Of a stretch of DNA of 32,000 bases, positions 21,973 through 32,000 are shown one piece after another (positions within the stretch are counted from its first letter, which is position 1; every line of letters begins with the position of its first letter). The notes under the pieces are model-generated. The model did not search any database, was not told the origin of the DNA, and saw nothing but the letters and a program-made list of their open reading frames with translations. The stretch is taken from positions 2,400,001-2,432,000 of the forward strand of contig NZ_CP030918.1 in NCBI RefSeq assembly GCF_003324675.1, read 5' to 3'. The position numbers were made by a program, and so were the translations under genes. Origin of the DNA: Paracoccus suum (lineage in GTDB: Bacteria; Pseudomonadota; Alphaproteobacteria; Rhodobacterales; Rhodobacteraceae).

Positions 21973-24299
21973 TGGAACCCATCGAATTTCAAGCCCGCGC
22001 CGCAGCGCAAGTTGCTCGGCGCTTCACCGATTACGCTGCAGACCCGCTAATGGTGAATCGCACCACGCCTGTTCCGTTTCTGCAGACGCTCGTGGCGATC
22101 ACCGGCAGCGGCAAAACGTTGATGCTAGCTGAGGCTGTTGCGCGGATTGGCGAAGAGCTTCCTCTTCCGCCGGTGGTTCTGTGGATATCGAAGGGACGTG
22201 TGGTGGTCTCGCAGACCTTCGAGAACCTTTCGTCTGGCAAGTATGCGGATAACCTCCCCGGTTTTCGAGTTATGCCGTTGCTGGAAGCCGCGCCCGAACA
22301 CTTGAGCAGCGAACATGAGCCGTTGCTCCTCGTTGCAACCGTTGGCAAGTTCGCGATCGACGACGCGTCGAGCGAGGAGCGCAAGGTTTATAGGGCTCAG
22401 CTCGACTTGGCAGAGGAGTCCCTGTGGGAGCTACTTAAGAAGCGCCGTACTGCGAAGGGACAGAGGCGTCCCCTGATCGTCGTCTATGACGAAGGACACA
22501 ACCTGTCCGATCTTCAGACCGATCGGCTCCTAGAACTCGCACCTGATGCGCTGATCGTTGCTAGCGCCACCATGTCGCTGCCGCCGCGTCTGAATAATGT
22601 CATCTCTCGCCTTCGTAGCGACCAAGGATGGACCGATCCGGATTTCTCGACGACCGTCTCGAGCCCAGAGGTCGTGGAGGCCCAATTGGTGAAGCAGCGG
22701 ATATCAATTGACGGATACATCACCCCGCTAGAACCCGCGCTAGATAACTTGCTGACCGACATGCGGAGGGCGCAGCAAGCAGCTCAAAATCTGAAGCTGC
22801 CTTTCCGACCAAAGGCCATATATGTCTGCTCCACCAATACTGTGGATGGCGTGCCAGTCTCAGAAGACCTCAAAAGGCCCTTTCAGGAACGACAGGCCCG
22901 GCCCATCCTAATATGGCGACACCTCGTCGAGGTCGCAAAGGTAGACCCAGCCAAGATCGCCGTCTACTGTCAGCTTAAATTCTCGAAGGAATCGCAGAAG
23001 CCGCCAGAAATGCACCTCTTCGATGGGGCGGAAAAAGACTACTCCCGATTCATCGCCGGCGACTACGAGCACATCATTTTCAATCTTGGCCTTCAGGAAG
23101 GCTGGGACGATCCAGCGGCGTCTTTCGCATACATAGACAAAGAAATGGCGTCAGCGCGACAAATCACTCAGGTCGTCGGGCGAGTCCTTCGGCAACCCGG
23201 GGCACAGCACTACAGCGATCCGGTCATGAACACGGCGCACTTCCACATCCGGACCGATGAGAAGCGGGTCTTCGACGACATCTTGACGCAGATCCGCGCG
23301 GACCTGGTTTCCGAGCATCCGTCCATAGCGTTGGTGGTGAAGGATGAGAAAACCCGAGGGAAGAAGGACAGCCTAGACCCACGGCCGGCTCGGACCATAC
23401 CCACTGTCGCGATTGAAAGTAGCGATGCGCTAGAGCCTATAGGGAAGATCGTCAAAGGAATGATGGACTTCCGAGACGGCGGACAGAACACGATCGGTCA
23501 AGGGAGCCGCATGCAGGTACTGCAGCTCATTGGATCGGAGACGGATCCACATTATGACTGGGTCGAAGTAGATCACAGCAACCGGATTATGACACGCCAT
23601 GTATTCCGCCGTGAGATTCAAAGGTGCTATCCGGGTGGGCTGCGAAGAGCGGGCGGCCCGATCAACTTGGTGGATATCGAGGACCCGAAGTTTGATGCGT
23701 TGATCGAGGCCAGCAGCCCGGCTGCAGAGCATATAAGGGAGACGGCTCGCAAAGTGGTAGAGGCCTATATTCAGCACTCCTTGGTTTTCCAGGATGATGC
23801 GGGCCACCCCTATTCAGTTGGACCGATAGCGGTTGACAGCAACGGAGGCGAGACTTTCAAAAAGTCGCTGCACGAACGCTATTCTGGCCTGAACGGCTTT
23901 GAACTGAGGTTTGCGAGGGCGATCGACAAGACCCAACGGGTCTGGACGCGGAACCCGTCCGGCAGCGGATATTCGATCCCACTATTGCATGCCGGGAAGG
24001 CGTACTTCCCCGACTTCCTCGTCTGGATAGATAAGGACATCGTGGCTATCGATACAAAGGGCACGCACCTTCTGCTTGAGGCATCGGCATCAAAATTGTT
24101 CGAGATCGGCGGATCAGAGGGAGGGCGACGGATCGTTCTTCGTCTCGTGTCGGAGGGGCATGTCGAAATTTCTAACGGCACCATCCACACCCGCAAGACA
24201 GCGGGCTTCACTGTCTGGGTGTGGCGGCATGGCCGTCCGCAGCCCATCTTCTGCGACACCGAGAAAGAGGCGGCGGAGATCTCCATCCGGCTCGACTGA
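21972..24299 (+). CDS. res: Type III-like restriction enzyme Res subunit (SF2 helicase plus C-terminal PD-D/ExK nuclease)
   Basis: ITGSGKT (motif I), VYDEGHN (DExH), VASATM (motif III), VVGRVLR (motif VI). C-terminal YFPDFLVWIDKDIVAIDTKG gives PD...DxK. At 775 aa it is shorter than classical Res proteins. Confidence 0.85.
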   Translation: MEPIEFQARAAAQVARRFTDYAADPLMVNRTTPVPFLQTLVAITGSGKTLMLAEAVARIGEELPLPPVVLWISKGRVVVSQTFENLSSGKYADNLPGFRVMPLLEAAPEHLSSEHEPLLLVATVGKFAIDDASSEERKVYRAQLDLAEESLWELLKKRRTAKGQRRPLIVVYDEGHNLSDLQTDRLLELAPDALIVASATMSLPPRLNNVISRLRSDQGWTDPDFSTTVSSPEVVEAQLVKQRISIDGYITPLEPALDNLLTDMRRAQQAAQNLKLPFRPKAIYVCSTNTVDGVPVSEDLKRPFQERQARPILIWRHLVEVAKVDPAKIAVYCQLKFSKESQKPPEMHLFDGAEKDYSRFIAGDYEHIIFNLGLQEGWDDPAASFAYIDKEMASARQITQVVGRVLRQPGAQHYSDPVMNTAHFHIRTDEKRVFDDILTQIRADLVSEHPSIALVVKDEKTRGKKDSLDPRPARTIPTVAIESSDALEPIGKIVKGMMDFRDGGQNTIGQGSRMQVLQLIGSETDPHYDWVEVDHSNRIMTRHVFRREIQRCYPGGLRRAGGPINLVDIEDPKFDALIEASSPAAEHIRETARKVVEAYIQHSLVFQDDAGHPYSVGPIAVDSNGGETFKKSLHERYSGLNGFELRFARAIDKTQRVWTRNPSGSGYSIPLLHAGKAYFPDFLVWIDKDIVAIDTKGTHLLLEASASKLFEIGGSEGGRRIVLRLVSEGHVEISNGTIHTRKTAGFTVWVWRHGRPQPIFCDTEKEAAEISIRLD

Positions 24300-24530
24300 G
24301 ACTTCGGCGCACCAACGATTTCGGTTGGACGTCAGTGGCATTTTATACAAGTGGCACCGGGATCGGAGTCTTTGCGGGGCTTCAAGAAAATGATTCTTAA
24401 ACAATGACTTAAGAGCTATTCACCAAAACCGCGCAGTTAACAGGTCCAGAGAATATCGGCCCCGAGAGACCGCTTCCGGGCCGCCTGGCGCCGCCGCCGG
24501 TGCTCAGCCCATCCCGCATAACCCTCGAAA

Positions 24531-24560
24531 ACAACGGAAAAATCCGGCCGGCGCCGGATC
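24531..24560 (-). terminator. Rho-independent terminator downstream of tRNA-Ser
   Basis: On the minus strand: ATCCGGC-GCCG-GCCGGAT stem-loop (24542-24559) followed by TTTTTCCGTTGTTTT. Confidence 0.6.
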
Positions 24561-24585
24561 GGGAGACACCTTTCGCGAGGGCAAG

Positions 24586-24675
24586 TGGCGGAGAGGGTGG
24601 GATTCGAACCCACGGAACCCTTGCAGGCTCAACGGTTTTCGAGACCGCCCCGATCGACCACTCCGGCACCTCTCC
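24586..24675 (-). tRNA. tRNA-Ser (anticodon CGA), CCA encoded
   Basis: Reverse complement: GGAGAGGTGCCGGAGTGGTCGATCGGGGCGGTCTCGAAAACCGTTGAGCCTGCAAGGGTTCCGTGGGTTCGAATCCCACCCTCTCCGCCA. It has a 7-bp acceptor stem GGAGAGG/CCTCTCC, anticodon loop CT-CGA-AA, a long variable arm (class II) and a GGTTCGAATCC T-loop. Confidence 0.9.
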
Positions 24676-24695
24676 GCGCTTGGGTGGTGGCGGGG

Positions 24696-24723
24696 ATTTA
24701 GTGGGGGGGCGCTGGAAGCGCAA
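24696..24723 (-). promoter_or_regulatory. candidate sigma-70-type promoter for tRNA-Ser
   Basis: Minus strand reads TTGCGC-N16-CTAAAT, ending ~20 nt upstream of the mature tRNA 5' end. The match is weak and the assignment is positional only. Confidence 0.3.
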
Positions 24724-24895
24724 GCGGTTTCTGGAGGGCGGATCGTTGCCGGGGCGGAAGGGGCTGCGGCAGTCGGCAGGGTATCCGCTGTCCTCCCCCG
24801 CGACCGACGCGCGTCGCAGGGTGACGCCGCTGGCGCGGGGTTGTCGGCCGTGTCCTGCGCCTTTAACCCTTGGCCCAACCACGGAGGGCTTCCCG

Positions 24896-25927
24896 ATGAT
24901 GATCTGCCCCGATCTTGCTGCCGCCGTCGGCCGCACGCCGCTGATCCGCCTTAACCGGGCCTCCGAGGCAACGGGTTGCGAGATCTGGGGCAAGGCCGAG
25001 TTCATGAACCCGGGCGGCTCGGTCAAGGACCGGGCGGCGCTCTATATCATCCGCGATGCCGTTGCACGTGGGGCGCTGCAGCCGGGTGGCACGATCGTCG
25101 AGGGCACGGCGGGCAACACGGGGATCGGTCTTGCGACCTTGGGCGCCTCGATGGGCTATCGCACGGTGATCGTCATTCCGGAGACGCAGAGCCAAGAGAA
25201 AAAGGATGCCCTGCGCCTTGCCGGGGCGCGGCTGGTCGAGGTCCCGGCCAAGCCCTACAAGGATCCAAACAACTACGTGCGCTACTCCGGCCGCCTCGCC
25301 GAAGCCCTGGCCAAGACCGAGCCGCAGGGCGCGATCTGGGCCAACCAGTTCGACAACACAGCCAACCGCCGCGCCCATGCCGAGACGACCGGTCCAGAGA
25401 TATGGGAGCAGTTGCAGGGTCGGGTCGACGGCTTTGTCTGCGCCGTGGGCTCGGGCGGCACGCTTGCCGGGGTCGCCGATGCATTGCAGCCGCATGGCGT
25501 CAAGATCGGCCTTGCCGACCCGGAGGGCGCGGCGCTGTTTGCCTGGTACACCGAGCGGCGGTTTGAATCGCCGGGAAATTCGATCACCGAGGGGATCGGG
25601 CAGGGCCGCATCACGGCCAACCTCGAAGGGTTCACCCCGGACATGGCCTGGCGCATCCCGGACGCCGAGGCACTGCCTTACATCCATCAGCTGGCGCAGG
25701 ACGAGGGGCTGCTGCTCGGCGGCAGTTCGGCCATCAACGTGGCGGGCGCGGTGCGCATGGCCCGCGAGATGGGGCCGGGGCGGACCATCGTGACCGTGCT
25801 CTGCGACAGCGGCAGCCGCTACATGGGCCGGCTCTGGAACCCGGATTTCCTGCGCGAGAAGGGACTGCCGGTGCCGCCATGGATGGATGGCACGCCCGCG
25901 CCCATGCCGGACGTCCGCGAGGGCTGA
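24896..25927 (+). CDS. PLP-dependent cysteine synthase family enzyme (CysK/CysM/CBS-like)
   Basis: NPGGSVKDR (PLP lysine), EGTAGNTGIGLA, VGSGGTLAG. GGAGGG RBS 7 nt upstream of ATG 24896. The track ORF's N-terminal extension overlaps the tRNA and is rejected. Confidence 0.85.
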   Translation: MMICPDLAAAVGRTPLIRLNRASEATGCEIWGKAEFMNPGGSVKDRAALYIIRDAVARGALQPGGTIVEGTAGNTGIGLATLGASMGYRTVIVIPETQSQEKKDALRLAGARLVEVPAKPYKDPNNYVRYSGRLAEALAKTEPQGAIWANQFDNTANRRAHAETTGPEIWEQLQGRVDGFVCAVGSGGTLAGVADALQPHGVKIGLADPEGAALFAWYTERRFESPGNSITEGIGQGRITANLEGFTPDMAWRIPDAEALPYIHQLAQDEGLLLGGSSAINVAGAVRMAREMGPGRTIVTVLCDSGSRYMGRLWNPDFLREKGLPVPPWMDGTPAPMPDVREG

Positions 25928-25930
25928 GTG

Positions 25931-28477
25931 ATGACCAGACTGCGCCATCCCGCCGCTGCCCTGGCGGCCGCCCTGATTTGGCTGATGTTGCTGTGCGCGC
26001 CGCTGTCCGCGCAAACCGACACCGCGGAGCCGGACTATGCAACATGGGACAAGTTCGCGACCCAGGTCGAGCAGAGCCTCGATCGCAATGACGTCGACGA
26101 TGCCGCCTTGCAGCAGATGCGCAGCCGGGTCGTGGACTGGCGCGCGCGCTTTCTCGCCGCGCAGGGAAGCAAGTCAACCCGCGTCGGCACCCTGCAGGAC
26201 CAGATCGCGGCCTTGGGGCCTGCGCCGGCGGCGGACGCAACCGAGCCCGAGGACGTGGCCGCCCGCCGCAAGGAGCTGAATGCCGAACTGTCAGCCGAGC
26301 AGGCGCCCGTATTGCGGGCCAGCGAGGCGTACGGCCGCGCCGAAGGCATGGTGACGGCCATCGACAAGACCCTGCGCAGCCGCCAGGCCGCGGCGGTTTT
26401 GCAACTGACGCCCTCGCCGTTGCTACCGTCCAGTTGGGCGGCGGCGGCGAGCGACGGGAACCGCCTTGCGGCGGGCCTACGTGACGAGGTGGGTGCGCGC
26501 CTCCAGCGGTTTGGCGCGACGGGCGCGGCGCAAAAATTGCCAGGGGTGGCTGTGCCGCTGGCGATTGCGCTGCTGCTGCTGACCGTGGGGCGGCGCTGGG
26601 TGAATGGCCTGCCGGGACGCCTGGCCCGTCGCCTGCCGACGCGGGCTCAGGGAGCGGTCAGTTTTATTGCCTCGCTGACGCAGATCGGCCTGCCGGTAGT
26701 CGGCGTTTTCCTGGTACTGGTCGCGATCGAAGCGACGGGGTTGCTGGGCCAATGGGGCACGCCCTTCGTGCTGTCGGCCGCCGCGGCGGGCGTGACCTTC
26801 TTTATCGGCGCATGGATTGCCCGGCAGCTGTTTCCGGTCGATCCGGCGCAGGCCTCCTTGCTGGGGTTGGTCTCGCCGGCGCGCGACGCCGCGCGGCATC
26901 AGGCGACGTTGCTGGCGGCGGCCATGGCCCTCGAGCAATTCATCGCCCGGCCGCTGCTACCTCTCTCCGGGTTCAACCGGGAATCGGATTTTGCGGCCAG
27001 CGTGCCGGTGCCGTTCAGCGATGCCGGCGCGGGGGTCGTGCATCTGCCGCTGATCCTGCTGGGCGCGCTGCCACTTTTCCGGCTGGGTAAATTGCTGCGG
27101 CCTGCGCCGGCGACCGTTATCACCACCTCCGACAAGGTCCTCGCTACCCTGGCGGCGATCGTCCGGGTCATCGCCGTAGTCGCGCCATTGGCAGCAGTGA
27201 CGGGCTATGTCACCGCAGCCAATGCAACCCTGTGGCCCGCGGCCGTGACGCTGGCGCTCGCCGGGCTGATCGTGCTGCTGCAGCAGTTTTTTGTCGATCT
27301 GTGGCAAATCGTCAGACGCACCCCGGAGGGCGCCCGCGACTCGCTGGCCCCGGTCATCATCGGCCTCGCCCTGTTGCTGGTCGCGCTGCCGATCCTGGCA
27401 CTGACCTGGGGTGCCAGGGTCTCGGATCTGGCCGAGGTCTGGACGCGGCTCGCGAACGGCTTTCGCATCGGCTCGGTCCGGTTGTCGCCGGGCGCGGTCA
27501 TCACCTTCTTCGTGGTCTTCGCCCTCGGCTACACAGTGACCCGCGGCGTGCAAAGCACGCTGCGCAAGACCGTCCTGCCGCGCACCCGCATCGACGCGGG
27601 CGGACAGAACGCCATCGTCTCGGGCCTTGGCTATGTCGGCATCTTCATCGCCGCAATGCTGGCCATCGTCTCGGCCGGCATCGACCTTTCCAGCCTCGCC
27701 ATCGTCGCGGGCGCTCTGTCGGTCGGTATCGGTTTCGGTCTGCAGAACATCGTGTCGAACTTTGTCTCCGGCATCATTTTGCTCATCGAGCGGCCGGTGA
27801 CGGTCGGCGACTGGGTGCAGGTCGGCACGGCGCAGGGCGTAGTGCGCCGGATCTCGGTCCGTTCGACCACCATCCAAACCTTTGACCGGAGTTCGGTCGT
27901 GGTGCCGAACAGCGACCTGATCACCCAGCACGTCACCAACTGGACGCGGGGCAGCCTCAGCGGGCGGGTGATCGTCGCAATTTCCGTCGCCTATTCCAGC
28001 GACACGCGCAAAGTCACGGACATGCTGATCGAGATCGCCGAGAACCAGCCGACAGTCCTGATCGAGCCGGCGCCCCTGGCGATCCTGACCGGCTTTGGCC
28101 CCGACGGCATCAACTTCGAACTGCGGGCCATTGTCTCGGACATCAACCAAGGGACCACGGTCGCCAGCGAAATGCGCCAGCAGATCGTCGAGCGCATGAA
28201 GGCCGAGGGGATCGAGATGCCCTTTGCCCAGCGCGACATCTGGCTGCGGAACCCGGAGAGCCTGGCGCCGTCAGGTCCGAATCCGCTTGGGTCCGCTGGC
28301 GCCGGGGCGCCGGTCCCGGACACCAAAACCGCTCTGCCGCGCGCGGCGCAAGTCGACACGCGGCGACCGACCAGCGGCGCATCAGCGGATGCCGGAAAAC
28401 AGGACGAGCTGGATCCACGCATTGCGGCGAGCGTTGCGGGCGGCCCGGCGGACGGCGGGAGCGAAGGCGGGAGATAG
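25931..28477 (+). CDS. MscS-family mechanosensitive channel with long periplasmic/coiled-coil N-terminus (MscK/KefA-like architecture)
   Basis: Signal-peptide-like N-terminus, multiple TM helices, and an MscS core GFGLQNIVSNFVSGIILLIERPVTVGDWV...VRRISVRSTTIQT. The start is ATG 25931 or GTG 25928, directly after the upstream stop. Confidence 0.85.
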   Translation: MTRLRHPAAALAAALIWLMLLCAPLSAQTDTAEPDYATWDKFATQVEQSLDRNDVDDAALQQMRSRVVDWRARFLAAQGSKSTRVGTLQDQIAALGPAPAADATEPEDVAARRKELNAELSAEQAPVLRASEAYGRAEGMVTAIDKTLRSRQAAAVLQLTPSPLLPSSWAAAASDGNRLAAGLRDEVGARLQRFGATGAAQKLPGVAVPLAIALLLLTVGRRWVNGLPGRLARRLPTRAQGAVSFIASLTQIGLPVVGVFLVLVAIEATGLLGQWGTPFVLSAAAAGVTFFIGAWIARQLFPVDPAQASLLGLVSPARDAARHQATLLAAAMALEQFIARPLLPLSGFNRESDFAASVPVPFSDAGAGVVHLPLILLGALPLFRLGKLLRPAPATVITTSDKVLATLAAIVRVIAVVAPLAAVTGYVTAANATLWPAAVTLALAGLIVLLQQFFVDLWQIVRRTPEGARDSLAPVIIGLALLLVALPILALTWGARVSDLAEVWTRLANGFRIGSVRLSPGAVITFFVVFALGYTVTRGVQSTLRKTVLPRTRIDAGGQNAIVSGLGYVGIFIAAMLAIVSAGIDLSSLAIVAGALSVGIGFGLQNIVSNFVSGIILLIERPVTVGDWVQVGTAQGVVRRISVRSTTIQTFDRSSVVVPNSDLITQHVTNWTRGSLSGRVIVAISVAYSSDTRKVTDMLIEIAENQPTVLIEPAPLAILTGFGPDGINFELRAIVSDINQGTTVASEMRQQIVERMKAEGIEMPFAQRDIWLRNPESLAPSGPNPLGSAGAGAPVPDTKTALPRAAQVDTRRPTSGASADAGKQDELDPRIAASVAGGPADGGSEGGR

Positions 28478-28645
28478 GTCACGCCGAGCGAGGTTGCAGT
28501 TCACGCCGACACTGCAAAGAATTCTGCCGGCGCCCCAGTCAAAGGATTCCGCCGGCAGCCCTTAGAAGCCGTGCTAAGCATATCCCCGCGATCCGTCCCG
28601 CTTGAGGCAGGCGAACCGCGCGAGCATTAGCCGGCGCGGCGCAGC

Positions 28646-31399
<2,754 letters not shown>

Positions 31400-31578
31400 G
31401 GGGGTTGCGCCTCAAGATATTGTTGTGCCGGGGTATAGCCGCCCCTGCGGGTGGGTGCAACGAATGGCTGGAGTGGGCTGGCCAAGGCTGGCCTGGAAAA
31501 GCAGGGGGAAAGCCCGCCCGCCATTGCGAGCGCCGTCCCGGCCGCCTATTCTTCGCTCGACGCCGCCCAGAGGGTCCG

Positions 31579-32000
31579 ATGCCTTGCCTTGCCGACGGCG
31601 GCGACAGCCGAACGCGCGACTACCTGCTGATCCGCTGCGGCGCGGTCGGTTCCCGCGAGATGCGGCTGGCGCGGCACCTTGCTGCGTGGTTCGGGCCCCG
31701 CATCCGTTATCTGGTCGATGCCTCGGCCGGACCGGCGGAGATTGACCCCGCGGCGCGCGCCGCCTCCATCCAGATCACGCCGGAGTGGCTGGCGCATCGC
31801 CGCCTGATCTCGTTTGAGACCTCTGGCTGGCGCTGCGGCGACTACTGCTATTATGCGGCCGTGGACATGATCCCCGAGATGGACCGGGCTTGGCTTATCG
31901 AGGCGGATGTGTGGCCCAGCTTCGATGATCCCGGCGCGTTCTTCGCGCCGCTGGAGGCAGACCCCGCCGATTTCCTGGCGCCGCTTTACTCGCCGCGGGG
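31579..32000 (+). CDS. 5' part of a hypothetical protein (partial, runs off the window end)
   Basis: Frame is open from ATG 31579 (alternative ATG 31660) to the window end. Translation ...MRLARHLAAWFGPRIRYLVDAS...ISFETSGWRCGDYCYYAAVDMIPEMDRAWLIEADVWPSFDD is protein-like. Absent from the track because no stop lies in the window. Confidence 0.45.
   Translation, partial: MPCLADGGDSRTRDYLLIRCGAVGSREMRLARHLAAWFGPRIRYLVDASAGPAEIDPAARAASIQITPEWLAHRRLISFETSGWRCGDYCYYAAVDMIPEMDRAWLIEADVWPSFDDPGAFFAPLEADPADFLAPLYSPR

Noticed and set aside
24586-24620. Search for a second copy of the tRNA-Ser 3' end (attachment-site duplication) elsewhere in the window
   Set aside because: I could not find a repeat of the GGATTCGAACCCAC... 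segment by eye. The other element boundary is probably outside the window, or the tRNA is not the integration target.
24500-24895. N-terminal extension of the cysteine-synthase ORF (track ORF 24500-25927)
   Set aside because: It runs through the tRNA-Ser gene and its promoter region. A GGAGGG RBS precedes ATG 24896, where the conserved enzyme sequence starts.
28494-28555. Inverted repeats TTGCAGT-N10-ACTGCAA and CTGCCGGCG-N17-CGCCGGCAG between the convergent channel gene and gyrA, as possible terminators
   Set aside because: The loops are long and no U-tract follows on either strand. They may still be structural, but they do not support a confident intrinsic-terminator call.

Overview
High-GC DNA that looks alphaproteobacterial, possibly Rhodobacteraceae (inferred from composition and protein style). 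All calls rest on reading the sequence and recalling motifs; no searches were run.

Positions ~1-24.5 kb look like one arm of a prophage or integrative element:
(i) A long minus-strand operon (13284 -> 324) whose genes are mostly joined by ATGA/GTGA stop-start overlaps. It encodes a sigma-like factor, a Sak4-like ATPase, a DUF669-like protein, an SF2 helicase, a Cas4-like nuclease, a primase-polymerase/RecA-type helicase, a RuvC-like resolvase, a ParB-N6/N4 methylase fusion and a C5 cytosine methylase. An iteron-rich putative origin lies at ~4.55-4.85 kb.
(ii) A cargo block of three genes I cannot assign to any known system (13550-17317): an unknown N-terminal region fused to a DUF559/Vsr-like endonuclease domain, a motif-less 413-aa protein, and a Cys-cluster plus winged-helix protein.
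(iii) A four-gene large-serine-recombinase module (17456-19852).
(iv) A visibly lower-GC Type III-like mod/res pair (19984-24299) that abuts tRNA-Ser(CGA).

From ~24.6 kb the genes look chromosomal: tRNA-Ser, a cysteine-synthase-family enzyme, an MscS/MscK-type channel, gyrA and a partial ORF.

The best candidate for an undescribed system is the 13.5-17.3 kb block, which sits between the phage replication module and the integrase module, ~2.7 kb (one recombinase module) from the R-M pair. Other oddities:
- a dual-frame region inside the C5 methylase gene
- a 176-bp tandem duplication that creates a Walker-A mini-ORF
- GGACYCCGG repeats in the methylase operon leader
- mutually exclusive hairpins beside the iterons
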